Of a stretch of DNA of 48,823 nt, positions 35,487 through 43,624 are shown one piece after another. Both the position numbers and the translations under genes were made by a program. The DNA comes from an uncultured Acidimicrobiales bacterium. Lineage in GTDB: Bacteria > Actinomycetota > Acidimicrobiia > Acidimicrobiales > SHLQ01. A model generated the notes under the pieces. It saw only the letters and a list, made by a program, of their open reading frames with translations. It was not told where the DNA came from and searched no databases. Every line of letters begins with the position of its first letter. Positions within the stretch are counted from its first letter, which is position 1. The stretch spans positions 1 to 48,823 of the forward strand of contig CAYUKM010000002.1 of assembly GCA_964445255.1 (NCBI GenBank). Reading direction: 5' to 3'.

Positions 35487-35903
35487 CTAGCCGGAGAGGT
35501 CGTCTAGGGCGGTGATTTCGGTCGGAGTGAGTCGCACGACGAGTTCGCCGGGTACGCCGTTGCGGGCGCCGAACTCGTCGGCACGGTCCGCGCCCATGTA
35601 GCGGCCGCCGATCTCGGTGGCGACCGCCTTCACCCGAACGGGGTCGTCTTCGAAGCTGACGGTGCCATCGATCTTGACGAACGCATAAGGCGGCTCTTCA
35701 AGGTCGACCACCAGACTCGCTCGACCTTCCCGCTTGAGTGCCTTGGCCTTACCGCTGTCCTCGTGAGTGTTGAAGATGATGTCGTCGCCATCGAGGATGA
35801 ACCAGATCGGGGCAACATGGGGCGCGCCGGTCTGCGATACCCAGGCGAGCTTGCCCGTGCGGGTCCCGTCGAGGAGAAAGTTCGTGGTTTCTTCGGGGAT
35901 CAT
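35487..35903 (-). CDS. PPOX-class (pyridoxamine 5'-phosphate oxidase-like, probably F420-dependent) protein
   Basis: MIPEETTNFLLDGTRTGKLAWVSQTGAPHVAPIWFILDGDDIIFNT. The second ATG (35903) has better SD spacing (GGGGGA) than track start 35912. Confidence 0.85.
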   Translation of the reverse strand: MIPEETTNFLLDGTRTGKLAWVSQTGAPHVAPIWFILDGDDIIFNTHEDSGKAKALKREGRASLVVDLEEPPYAFVKIDGTVSFEDDPVRVKAVATEIGGRYMGADRADEFGARNGVPGELVVRLTPTEITALDDLSG

Positions 35904-35950
35904 CGGTCGCATTCCCCCAGACTGTCATACGGGTGCGCGAGGCTGATCCC

Positions 35951-36727
35951 ATGAATACAAACGAGCGCATCTACGACAAGATCCGTGCCCTGCTCGCGAA
36001 GGCGGAATCGACCGACTATCCCGACGAAGCGGCCATCTACACAGCCAAGGCCCAGGAGTTGATCGCCACCCACGCGATCGACATGGCCCTTCTAGAAGAG
36101 CGTGAGGGTCGGGGCGAGATCATCACACGCATCATCGATATCGCCCGTCCTTACCCCAAAGAGAAGTACCTACTGTTGAGCGGCGTCGCCCGGGCGAATA
36201 ACTGTCGGGCGATCCTCGGGGTCGACCTCGACGAAGCCATGCAGCGCATCGAAGCGGGTTCGTTCGACTCGTCCAAGGGCAAGCTCGCCACGGTGATCGG
36301 TTATAAGTCCGACCTGGACGCCGTCGAATTGCTGTTTACGTCGTTGCTGGTGCAAGCCGTCAACGAGATGCTCAACCACGGCATGCAGATCAATGAGTGG
36401 GGAGAGAATCGCACCAAGTCGTTCCGGCGATCGTTTCTGTACCAGTTCGCTTGGCGTGTCGGCGACCGCTTGGCCGAGGCCACCGAGGCGGTGCGAGACG
36501 GCGCAGCGGTTAGCCACGGCGCGGCCTTGCTACCCGTACTCGCAAGCCGGGCCGACGCCGTCGACGACGCGCTCAAGGAGCGGTTTCCCAATACCTCCAC
36601 GCTGCGAACGTCGGTCACCAACATTGACGGCGTGGTCGCAGGCGATGCGGCTGGGCAACGTGCGGACATTGGTTCGAGCCGCCTACAGGGTGACCGTCGA
36701 GCCATTTCTTCGAACCGGCAGCGTTGA
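35951..36727 (+). CDS. DUF2786-domain protein
   Basis: MNTNERIYDKIRALLAKAESTDYPDEAAIYTAKAQELI is the characteristic DUF2786 N-terminus. ATG 35951 lies within track ORF 35933..36727. Confidence 0.8.
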   Translation: MNTNERIYDKIRALLAKAESTDYPDEAAIYTAKAQELIATHAIDMALLEEREGRGEIITRIIDIARPYPKEKYLLLSGVARANNCRAILGVDLDEAMQRIEAGSFDSSKGKLATVIGYKSDLDAVELLFTSLLVQAVNEMLNHGMQINEWGENRTKSFRRSFLYQFAWRVGDRLAEATEAVRDGAAVSHGAALLPVLASRADAVDDALKERFPNTSTLRTSVTNIDGVVAGDAAGQRADIGSSRLQGDRRAISSNRQR

Positions 36728-36793
36728 CAACCTTTAACAAGTTTTCAGGCTTCGGTCAGCGCCTTGCCTCATAGCTGCCGACACTATGGCTAT

Positions 36794-37594
36794 ATGTCTT
36801 CTCGAATTGTGCCCGGGTTTTTGTTTGCGACCGCGTTATTCCTCACCGCGTGTGGTGGAGGCGACGATCCCGCCACGACCGGGGTCGCCAGTGCGACCGA
36901 CCTAGATGAAGCGGCAGTGAGCGCCGAGGAACTGGCAAACGATGCCGTCGAAGATGCCGCTACCGGTGATGTCACCGCCGAAGAGGCAGCCTTGGCCTTC
37001 TCGCAATGTATGCGTGACAACGGCTTCGCCGACTTCCCCGACCCCGAGATCGGCGCAAACGGTCAGCCCAACCTTCGCGCAGCGTTCCAGAACGCAAACA
37101 TCGACTTCCAATCCGAAGAATTCCAAACCACCGCAGCAACCTGTCGTGACAACGTCGGCGCTGACAATTTCGGTGCCGGTGCCCGCAACGGCGACGCTCG
37201 CGCCGGAGTCCAAGAGAACCTTCTTCTCTACACCCAGTGTCTCCGGGACGAAGGGCTCGACGTAGGCGATATCGAATTCGGCGGCGCGCCGGGCGCGGGC
37301 GGTGCTGGCAACGGTGGCGGTGGAGCCGGCGGCGATGGTGGGGGCGGCAACGGCGACGGTGCGGGCCGCGCACAAGGCAACGGTGGCGCTGGTTTCAACC
37401 CGGCGAACCGAATCGCCCAATTCCTCGACCTCGACCTTGAAGACCCAGCGGTTACCGCAGCGCTCGACGCGTGTGAACCTGTCCTCGAAGAGGCATTCGC
37501 TGGCTTCGGCGGAGGAGCTGGCGGCGGAGGTCGCGGTGGGGCCGGTGGCGGCGGTGGAGCTGGCGGCGGCAACGCCGACACGACCGACACCTAA
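36794..37594 (+). CDS. Lipoprotein with paired-Cys motifs and Gly-rich tails
   Basis: MSSRIVPGFLFATALFLTACGGGDD (lipobox LTAC). Repeated Cys-containing motifs are FSQCMRDNGFADFPDP, TCRDNVG, YTQCLRDEGLDVGD and LDACEP. Confidence 0.8.
   Translation: MSSRIVPGFLFATALFLTACGGGDDPATTGVASATDLDEAAVSAEELANDAVEDAATGDVTAEEAALAFSQCMRDNGFADFPDPEIGANGQPNLRAAFQNANIDFQSEEFQTTAATCRDNVGADNFGAGARNGDARAGVQENLLLYTQCLRDEGLDVGDIEFGGAPGAGGAGNGGGGAGGDGGGGNGDGAGRAQGNGGAGFNPANRIAQFLDLDLEDPAVTAALDACEPVLEEAFAGFGGGAGGGGRGGAGGGGGAGGGNADTTDT
37279..37575 (+). repeat. Two Gly-rich low-complexity coding tracts
   Basis: GGAPGAGGAGNGGGGAGGDGGGGNGDGAG and GFGGGAGGGGRGGAGGGGGAGGGN. The antisense poly-Pro ORF 37228..37590 is their shadow. 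Confidence 0.8.
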
Positions 37595-37612
37595 TCCGGA
37601 ATCCCTGAACGT

Positions 37613-38857
37613 ATGAGTGGTTCGCGATGGCCCGTTGCCCTACTGGGCTTGATTGTCGGCATCATCGTTGGCGCCGGAGGCTTGTTCCTCATCAACAGTA
37701 ACGATGCCGGAGACGACGAGACCGAGAATGCGGAGGTCGCTACGACCCTCGTAACCGCCGAACAACGAGACCTCGAACGCTTCGATGAGTGGGCTGGCAC
37801 CTTGCAGCCGGGTCCGGTGTCAACGGTCAGCGCGTCGGGTCGAGGCACGCTCACCCGCACCGTTTCTGAGGGCGACACGATCCGCGCCGGTGACGTTGTC
37901 GCCGAGATCGACGGCACTCCGGTCGTGGCGCTGTATGGAACAGTCCCCCAGTTCCGGACGATCAACATCGAGGCGCAACCCGGTGCTGACATTCGCCAAC
38001 TCGAAGAGAACCTCGTCGCCCTCGGCTTCGACCCAGACGGCGCCGTCACAGTGGACGACACGTTCACGTCGGCGACAGCCTCACTCATCCTCGCGTGGGA
38101 ACAAGACCTAGGCATCGCCATTCCCGATGGCACGGTAGACGCTGGCCAGATCGCCTTCATCTCCGGACCGAGCGAGGTTACGTCGCGCACCCCGGTTGGT
38201 TCGCAAGTGAACGCCGGCCAACAGATACTTGGGACGGTAACCCTGGCCGAAAGCGGCTTCATTGGTGCGCCGAATGAAGAGGACGCGCCGACCTTCCCCT
38301 TCGACGTGAACGTCGGCGACGAGATCGCCACCGACGAGGTACCGGCCGGCGCCCTCGTCACCGAAGTCTTCATCGAAGACGGTTCCCTCGCGGTCGTTGG
38401 TCGCCCGGTGTATCAATGGGAAGCCGACCTTGGCTCGATCCAGTTGGCAGTCGACGTAGACGAGGCGTCGAACTTTGAAGTCGGTCGCCCCCTCGCTGTC
38501 GAGCTGCCCGACGGACAGGTTGTCGACGCATCGGTCACCGACCTCAGCGACGTTGCCCGAGCCATCCAGAACGGGAACAACACCGTGACCGTGATCGACG
38601 TGACGGTCCAACCAAATGAGCCCATCGAGTCGATCTTCACCGCGGGACCGGTAACGATTCGAGTCGAGACCGATCGCACCGACGGTGCCGTGCTCGTTCC
38701 GGCAAGCGCACTCATAGCGCTCTCCGAAGGTGGGCATGCAGTCGAAGTCGACGGACGGGGCCTTGTAGGTGTCGAACTCGGCGCGTTCGACGACGGCTGG
38801 GTCGAAATCGCAGACGGCTCCATCGATGCAGGCGAGTCGGTGGTCGTCCCCACATGA
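37613..38857 (+). CDS. Membrane-anchored HlyD/MacA-like adaptor with inserted peptidoglycan-binding (PG_binding_1-like) domain
   Basis: 414 aa with TM VALLGLIVGIIVGAGGLFLI. PG-binding-like segment IRQLEENLVALGFDPDGAVTVDDTFTSATASLILAWEQDLGI. The C-terminal beta-barrel-like region ends GWVEIADGSIDAGESVVVP. Confidence 0.85.
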   Translation: MSGSRWPVALLGLIVGIIVGAGGLFLINSNDAGDDETENAEVATTLVTAEQRDLERFDEWAGTLQPGPVSTVSASGRGTLTRTVSEGDTIRAGDVVAEIDGTPVVALYGTVPQFRTINIEAQPGADIRQLEENLVALGFDPDGAVTVDDTFTSATASLILAWEQDLGIAIPDGTVDAGQIAFISGPSEVTSRTPVGSQVNAGQQILGTVTLAESGFIGAPNEEDAPTFPFDVNVGDEIATDEVPAGALVTEVFIEDGSLAVVGRPVYQWEADLGSIQLAVDVDEASNFEVGRPLAVELPDGQVVDASVTDLSDVARAIQNGNNTVTVIDVTVQPNEPIESIFTAGPVTIRVETDRTDGAVLVPASALIALSEGGHAVEVDGRGLVGVELGAFDDGWVEIADGSIDAGESVVVPT

Positions 38858-39588
38858 CCGACATCCCGGCGACCGAGCCAAGCGGTCCGTCGCCCGCAAC
38901 CTCTACACCCGCGCTCGAAATGGTCGGTGTGGTCAAGGAGTATCCGGGAACCCCACCGGTGCGCGCGCTGAACGGTGTCAGTCTCCGGGTGCAACCTGGC
39001 GAACTCACCGCAATCGTCGGGCCTTCAGGTTCGGGCAAGTCCACGATGCTGCATGTCATGGGTACCCTCGATCGACCCACCGAGGGTTCGGTCTTCATCG
39101 ACGGTCACGAGGTATCTGCCCTGTCGGATCGCAAACTGTCCGCCGTGCGTAGCTCGCTCGTCGGCTTCGTATTCCAGCAGTTCTTCCTCCTCGACGGCGA
39201 GAATGCGCTTGACAACGTTGCGACCGGACTGCTCTATAGCGGCCAATCCTCTAGACAACGTCGCGCCGCCGCGGTCGAAACGCTCGAGCGTGTTGGTCTC
39301 GGACATCGACTCGACCATCGTCCCAACGAACTTTCCGGTGGTGAGCGCCAGCGCGTGGCCATCGCTCGAGCCCTTGTCGCCCAACCGGCCTTAGTCCTCG
39401 CCGACGAGCCGACGGGAAACCTCGACTCCAAGACCAGCGAGTCGATTCAAGAGTTGCTTCACGAGCTTCACCAAGACGGCTCGACGATCGTGGTCGTCAC
39501 ACATGACAACGAACTCGCCGACTCACTCCCCCGTCAGGTGCGCTTCCTCGATGGAAGCATCGAGTACGACAGCGCGGTGTTCCAATGA
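38854..39588 (+). CDS. ABC transporter ATP-binding protein (MacB/LolD-type)
   Basis: ATGA overlap with the preceding gene. Motifs are [24 protein letters not shown] and [10 protein letters not shown]. Confidence 0.93.
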   Translation: MTDIPATEPSGPSPATSTPALEMVGVVKEYPGTPPVRALNGVSLRVQPGELTAIVGPSGSGKSTMLHVMGTLDRPTEGSVFIDGHEVSALSDRKLSAVRSSLVGFVFQQFFLLDGENALDNVATGLLYSGQSSRQRRAAAVETLERVGLGHRLDHRPNELSGGERQRVAIARALVAQPALVLADEPTGNLDSKTSESIQELLHELHQDGSTIVVVTHDNELADSLPRQVRFLDGSIEYDSAVFQ

Positions 39589-40817
39589 GCGAGGTGCGCC
39601 CGCTCCCAAAGTCGAGCACGTTTCGCATCTCGGACGTCTTCGCCACCGCTGCGTCGGGCCTTGGGTCGCGCAAGCTGCGCACCGTGCTTTCGGCTCTCGG
39701 AATCACGATCGGTATCGGCGCAATGGTCGCCGTACTCGGGCTGAGCCAATCAGGTAGTGCGGCACTCGACGATCGCATCGCCGCCCTCGGCACGAACTTG
39801 TTGCAGGTCAACGCCGGAGCGGGATTCGGCGGTGGCGACGCCACCCTCCCCGAAACCGCTGTGCCCGCGCTATCTCGGGTGGGCCCAATCCAGTCGGTAT
39901 CAGCCGTCGGCGCCGTAGATGTCTCTGTGCTCTTGAACGACCTCGTCAACCCGAACCAGACCGGCGGGCTGGCCGTGCGCACCGCCGAACCGAACTTGGT
40001 CGACGCCCTCAACGGGACCGTTCGATCGGGCCGGTTCCTCGACGACACCCTCTCCCAAGTTCCCAGCACGGTGCTCGGTTCGGTCGCAGCCGAACGTCTG
40101 GGCGTCCGGAGCCTAAACGGTACCCAGGTGCTGATCGGTGGGGAGTGGTTTGCGGTGGTCGGGATCTTGGAATCCTTCGACGATCAATCCGACGACGTCG
40201 ATACCGCCCTGTTCGAAGACCTCGATCGAACCGCCTTCATCGGTTTCGAAGTGGCGAACCAGTTGTTTGAGACGCCACCGAACCCAGAAACGATCTACGT
40301 GCGATCCGACGAGGGCTTCATCGATGACGTCATCGGAGTAATCCCCAACACCGCGGACCCCGCGAGTCCCGAAGAGGTCGAGGTCACCAGGCCAAGCGAC
40401 GCCCTGGAGGCGCAAGAGGCTGCTGAGTCGACCTTCGACAATCTCTTCCTCGGCCTCGGAGCGGTCGCGCTACTCGTCGGAGGCATTGGTATCGCCAATG
40501 TCATGGTGATCGCCGTGATCGAACGGCGCAACGAGATCGGTCTTCGCCGAGCACTCGGCGCCACCCAAGCCCATATCCGTCGCCAGTTCCTGCTCGAAGC
40601 CCTCCTGCTATCGGCCCTCGGTGGCATCGCGGGTGTGGCCCTCGGCGCAGCAGTGACCGCGGCCTGGGCTACCCGTCAAGGCTGGCGAATCGTCATCCCG
40701 CCGGAGGCACTCATCGGCGGGTTCGTCGCAGCAATCCTCATCGGCGCAATCGCTGGCCTCTACCCCGCTATTCGTGCTGCACGCTTGGCGCCGACCGAAG
40801 CGTTGAGGTCGACATGA
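39585..40817 (+). CDS. ABC permease, FtsX/MacB-type (MacB periplasmic domain + FtsX 4-TM)
   Basis: ATGA overlap. 410 aa with an N-terminal TM, a large extracytoplasmic domain and a C-terminal FtsX-like region (IGIANVMVIAVIERRNEIGLRRALGA). Confidence 0.92.
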   Translation: MSEVRPLPKSSTFRISDVFATAASGLGSRKLRTVLSALGITIGIGAMVAVLGLSQSGSAALDDRIAALGTNLLQVNAGAGFGGGDATLPETAVPALSRVGPIQSVSAVGAVDVSVLLNDLVNPNQTGGLAVRTAEPNLVDALNGTVRSGRFLDDTLSQVPSTVLGSVAAERLGVRSLNGTQVLIGGEWFAVVGILESFDDQSDDVDTALFEDLDRTAFIGFEVANQLFETPPNPETIYVRSDEGFIDDVIGVIPNTADPASPEEVEVTRPSDALEAQEAAESTFDNLFLGLGAVALLVGGIGIANVMVIAVIERRNEIGLRRALGATQAHIRRQFLLEALLLSALGGIAGVALGAAVTAAWATRQGWRIVIPPEALIGGFVAAILIGAIAGLYPAIRAARLAPTEALRST

Positions 40818-42019
40818 GCCGGGGCCAATTCTTTGTTGCCGTGACGGTCATCTCGCTCGCGATCGCCGCGATTGTCGGCTGGAGTCTCATCACAGATACC
40901 GGCGACGAGACGAGTAGCGACCTGCCATCGGACCTCACCGAGATCTTCAACACCGCGTTGGTCGAACGGGCCAACGTCGCAGACGTTGCGCAACTCGAAG
41001 GGGAGCTTCGCTACCAAGACGCCGTCGACCTCGTACACCGAATAGATCCGGTGATCGTGACGATCACCACCGAGGTTGAAGTCCCTGTCCTCACCCAATC
41101 CGCCGCTGCTCCCGAAGCTGGGGGCGGACGTGGCAGTCAACCTGCAGCCGCTGCCGAGCCCGCCGAACCGGTGATCGAGACGATCATTGAGACCGTCACC
41201 GAGACGACCGAAGCGCCAGGGCAGCGAACCGTCACCGACTTGCCGCGACGAGGCACAGTCATCGCGCCCGGCGAGGTTCTCTACGAAACCGATTCCACCC
41301 CGGTCTTCACCGCCCTAGGCGAAGTCGCCGCGTGGCGCACCCTCGACGCCACAACGTCCGGAGACGACGTGCAGCAACTCCAGCAGTTCCTCCTCGACGG
41401 CGGTTGGGCTGACGGGGACTTTGCAGAACCTGGGGTTTGGGATGCCGCTCTCACCACGGCCGTGCAGGCGTGGCAGACCGACATCGGCCAGGCCGTCACC
41501 GGCACCGTCGCTCTCGGCGACTTGTGGTTCATCGCGGGCCCGATTCGAATCACGAACGTTCAGGCCACCGAGGGCGTGATCGTCGAAGACGGTGAACCGA
41601 TTCTCTCCTACACGTCGTCAGTACGAGCGATCGAAGCATCCGTCCCCGAGATCCCCGAGGGGCTGCTTCAGGCAGAGGAACTCCTCGTCCGCCTCCCCGG
41701 CGTCGGTGAAGTTCCCGCAACGCTGCGGTCCACATCGGGCACCGATGAAGGCTTCGACCTGTTGCTCGATGTTGAAACGACCGAAGGGGTCCCCGAGAAC
41801 GACGGTATCGACGCCACGGTGTCGTGGACTACGAGCGAGATCACCGATGCGCTGACCCTCCCGCCAGAAGCGCTCCGGAGAATCGACACCGGCGAATACA
41901 TCGCGGATGTGCTCGTGGGCGACACGATCGAAGCAACCCCCGTCGAGGTCGTCGGCCAAGCAGGTCGCCTAGTCGCAATCGAAGGCCTCGACGAACGCAC
42001 CCGGGTGATTATCCCGTAA
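40814..42019 (+). CDS. Second membrane-anchored adaptor-like protein with PG_binding_1-like domain
   Basis: ATGA overlap. 401 aa with TM FFVAVTVISLAIAAIVGW. PG-binding-like segment VQQLQQFLLDGGWADGDFAEPGVWDAALTTAVQAWQTDIGQ. Confidence 0.82.
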   Translation: MSRGQFFVAVTVISLAIAAIVGWSLITDTGDETSSDLPSDLTEIFNTALVERANVADVAQLEGELRYQDAVDLVHRIDPVIVTITTEVEVPVLTQSAAAPEAGGGRGSQPAAAAEPAEPVIETIIETVTETTEAPGQRTVTDLPRRGTVIAPGEVLYETDSTPVFTALGEVAAWRTLDATTSGDDVQQLQQFLLDGGWADGDFAEPGVWDAALTTAVQAWQTDIGQAVTGTVALGDLWFIAGPIRITNVQATEGVIVEDGEPILSYTSSVRAIEASVPEIPEGLLQAEELLVRLPGVGEVPATLRSTSGTDEGFDLLLDVETTEGVPENDGIDATVSWTTSEITDALTLPPEALRRIDTGEYIADVLVGDTIEATPVEVVGQAGRLVAIEGLDERTRVIIP

Positions 42020-42390
42020 CTGGAAACCAGCGCATTGTGCGAAAAAGAGTAGAGACCCCGATCGAAGATGTTGATTTTGCATTTGCTTTCGCATTTGCAT
42101 TTCAACTTCTACGACCGAGGTCTCTGAAGTCCATACTTAACTCTTCTAATTACATCTGAATTGCGTAAATAGCTCTTCTGTTTCCATTAGAGCTTGGTAA
42201 CTCATTTGTTCTTATTGAGTTGTGTTTGGAGGGCACATCATTTTCGTTCCATTCTTCATCTTTCGATGTAGAACTTTGCGAAGTGATGTATGTGTCTACG
42301 GACACTTCGGCCAATCCCTTGAGAGATTTCTTTCGGATTCTCTAGATTTCCCGAAAGAGTACTGATTTTTCATCGCTGAGCGGCCAGAAA

Positions 42391-42858
42391 CTATTCGCCT
42401 TCAACCGCCTCAAACAGCTCCTCAATCTCTTTCCAACCATCGGTTGACTCGAGAATGATGCCTTGACTCTTAGGAAGGTCTTCTACCGATTGGCAGCTCT
42501 CGGGCCCAAAGCCCGGCGGGAAACGATAGATGTTCGCCCGACGCACGCTGGTCGACTGGGTGGGCTCGACAATTGCCAAAACCGGAGCAACCCACAAGAA
42601 GGTCGTGCGCCGCGTGTACGGCCCAATCTTCACCCCACACGGGCTGGCGGCCGCGAGGTTCTTCATCGCCATGATCCCAACCGGTCGCCCATTCTCGACA
42701 TGCTTGGGCAACGTGAGCCACGGGTCGGTGTTCTCCGCTTCAATGCCGGAGCCGAACGTAGAAAGTACCGCTACGGCCTCATCGAAGATCTCGGTCCTAG
42801 ATGCATCGTTCACTACCGCGAAGGCTATCGGCCCCACAACGACTCCCGGACCCATCAT
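42391..42858 (-). CDS. Hypothetical protein (155 aa), last gene of the gnd-zwf-pgl strand block
   Basis: Single long ORF, MMGPGVVVGPIAFAVVNDASRTEIF...GWKEIEELFEAVEGE. No motif recognised and no SD seen. The start codon abuts a 13-bp stem. Confidence 0.6.
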   Translation of the reverse strand: MMGPGVVVGPIAFAVVNDASRTEIFDEAVAVLSTFGSGIEAENTDPWLTLPKHVENGRPVGIMAMKNLAAASPCGVKIGPYTRRTTFLWVAPVLAIVEPTQSTSVRRANIYRFPPGFGPESCQSVEDLPKSQGIILESTDGWKEIEELFEAVEGE

Positions 42859-42907
42859 GATTTGTACGTAATTTGAGACCTATACGGTCAGTTTTTACGT
42901 ACAAATC
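42859..42907 (-). promoter_or_regulatory. 13-bp perfect inverted repeat filling the whole pgl-to-orphan-gene spacer
   Basis: GATTTGTACGTAA (42859-42871) pairs with TTACGTACAAATC (42895-42907), with a 23-nt spacer containing the nested GACC-GTATA-GGTC hairpin. It is bounded exactly by the pgl stop (42908-42910) and ATG 42858. Confidence 0.7.
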
Positions 42908-43606
42908 TCAGTTTGGGTTGGCGGCTTCGTCTATGAGGACTGTGGCGCGTGCTTGGGTTGGGAGCGTTGCTGGGATAGCGGGGTCGTTGTCGAGGAACTG
43001 ACGCATGGCGTCGACCTTGGACTCGCCACCGATGACCCACAGCAACTGCTTTGCCCGGTCGAGGACCGGCCAGGTGAGACTCATGCGAATGCGGCCCTGG
43101 TAGAGCTCCGACATCGCCACATCCCTATCGTCGACACCAAGGATGGGATCGCCGGGGATGAGCGATGCGGTATGGCCATCGGCACCCATCCCGAGTTGGA
43201 TCACGTCGAACACCGCCGGCGAGCCGGTGGTTGCGTCAATCAGTGAGCCGTACTCGACAGTTGCTGCATCGAGGTCGTCCGCGTTGACCGGCATCAGGTG
43301 AATGCCAGCTGGCGTGTGGCGCGAGAGGAACGAGTCGGTCAACAACGCGGTGTCGAGCATGGTGGCGTTGCGATCGGAATCGCCGTCGGGGGCGACCCGC
43401 TCATCGACTTGGAACAAGTGTGTGCGCGACCAGTCAAGATCGTCACGCTCGCTTAGCAGCTCGAGCATAAGTCGAGGGGTGGATCCACCAGAGACGGCCC
43501 ACACAAACTTTCCGCGCTCCTCAATTGCCGACGCAGCGGCCGCGACCAACAAGTCAACGGCACGCTGCGCAAGCGCTTGGGAATCTGCGAGTACTTCCAC
43601 GTTCAC
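42908..43606 (-). CDS. pgl: 6-phosphogluconolactonase
   Basis: 232 aa, with SGGSTP, FQVDERV and MGADGHTASL motifs. Confidence 0.9.
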   Translation of the reverse strand: MNVEVLADSQALAQRAVDLLVAAAASAIEERGKFVWAVSGGSTPRLMLELLSERDDLDWSRTHLFQVDERVAPDGDSDRNATMLDTALLTDSFLSRHTPAGIHLMPVNADDLDAATVEYGSLIDATTGSPAVFDVIQLGMGADGHTASLIPGDPILGVDDRDVAMSELYQGRIRMSLTWPVLDRAKQLLWVIGGESKVDAMRQFLDNDPAIPATLPTQARATVLIDEAANPN

Positions 43607-43624
43607 GACGAGTTGTCTTTCCTA

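Noticed and set aside
37228-37590. Poly-proline ORF (PPAPPPPPAPPRPPPPAPPP) on the minus strand
   Set aside because: It is the reverse complement of the Gly-rich tail of the lipoprotein gene, whose signal peptide, lipobox and operon context support the + strand.
42061-42100. GCATTTGC short repeats as a CRISPR-like or tandem-repeat array
   Set aside because: There are only two 8-nt copies with a 6-nt spacer, no regular repeat-spacer periodicity and no cas genes.
41668-42105. Minus-strand ORF starting in the AT-rich patch (MKCKCESKCKINIF...)
   Set aside because: After about 25 codons it runs antisense through the well-supported adaptor gene 40814..42019. There is no SD and no coding bias.
42859-42907. 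The inverted repeat as a chromosome dimer-resolution (dif/Xer) site
   Set aside because: The arms resemble a XerD half-site only loosely (TTACGTACAAAT against TTATGTTAAAT). The spacing is 23 nt instead of 6 nt.
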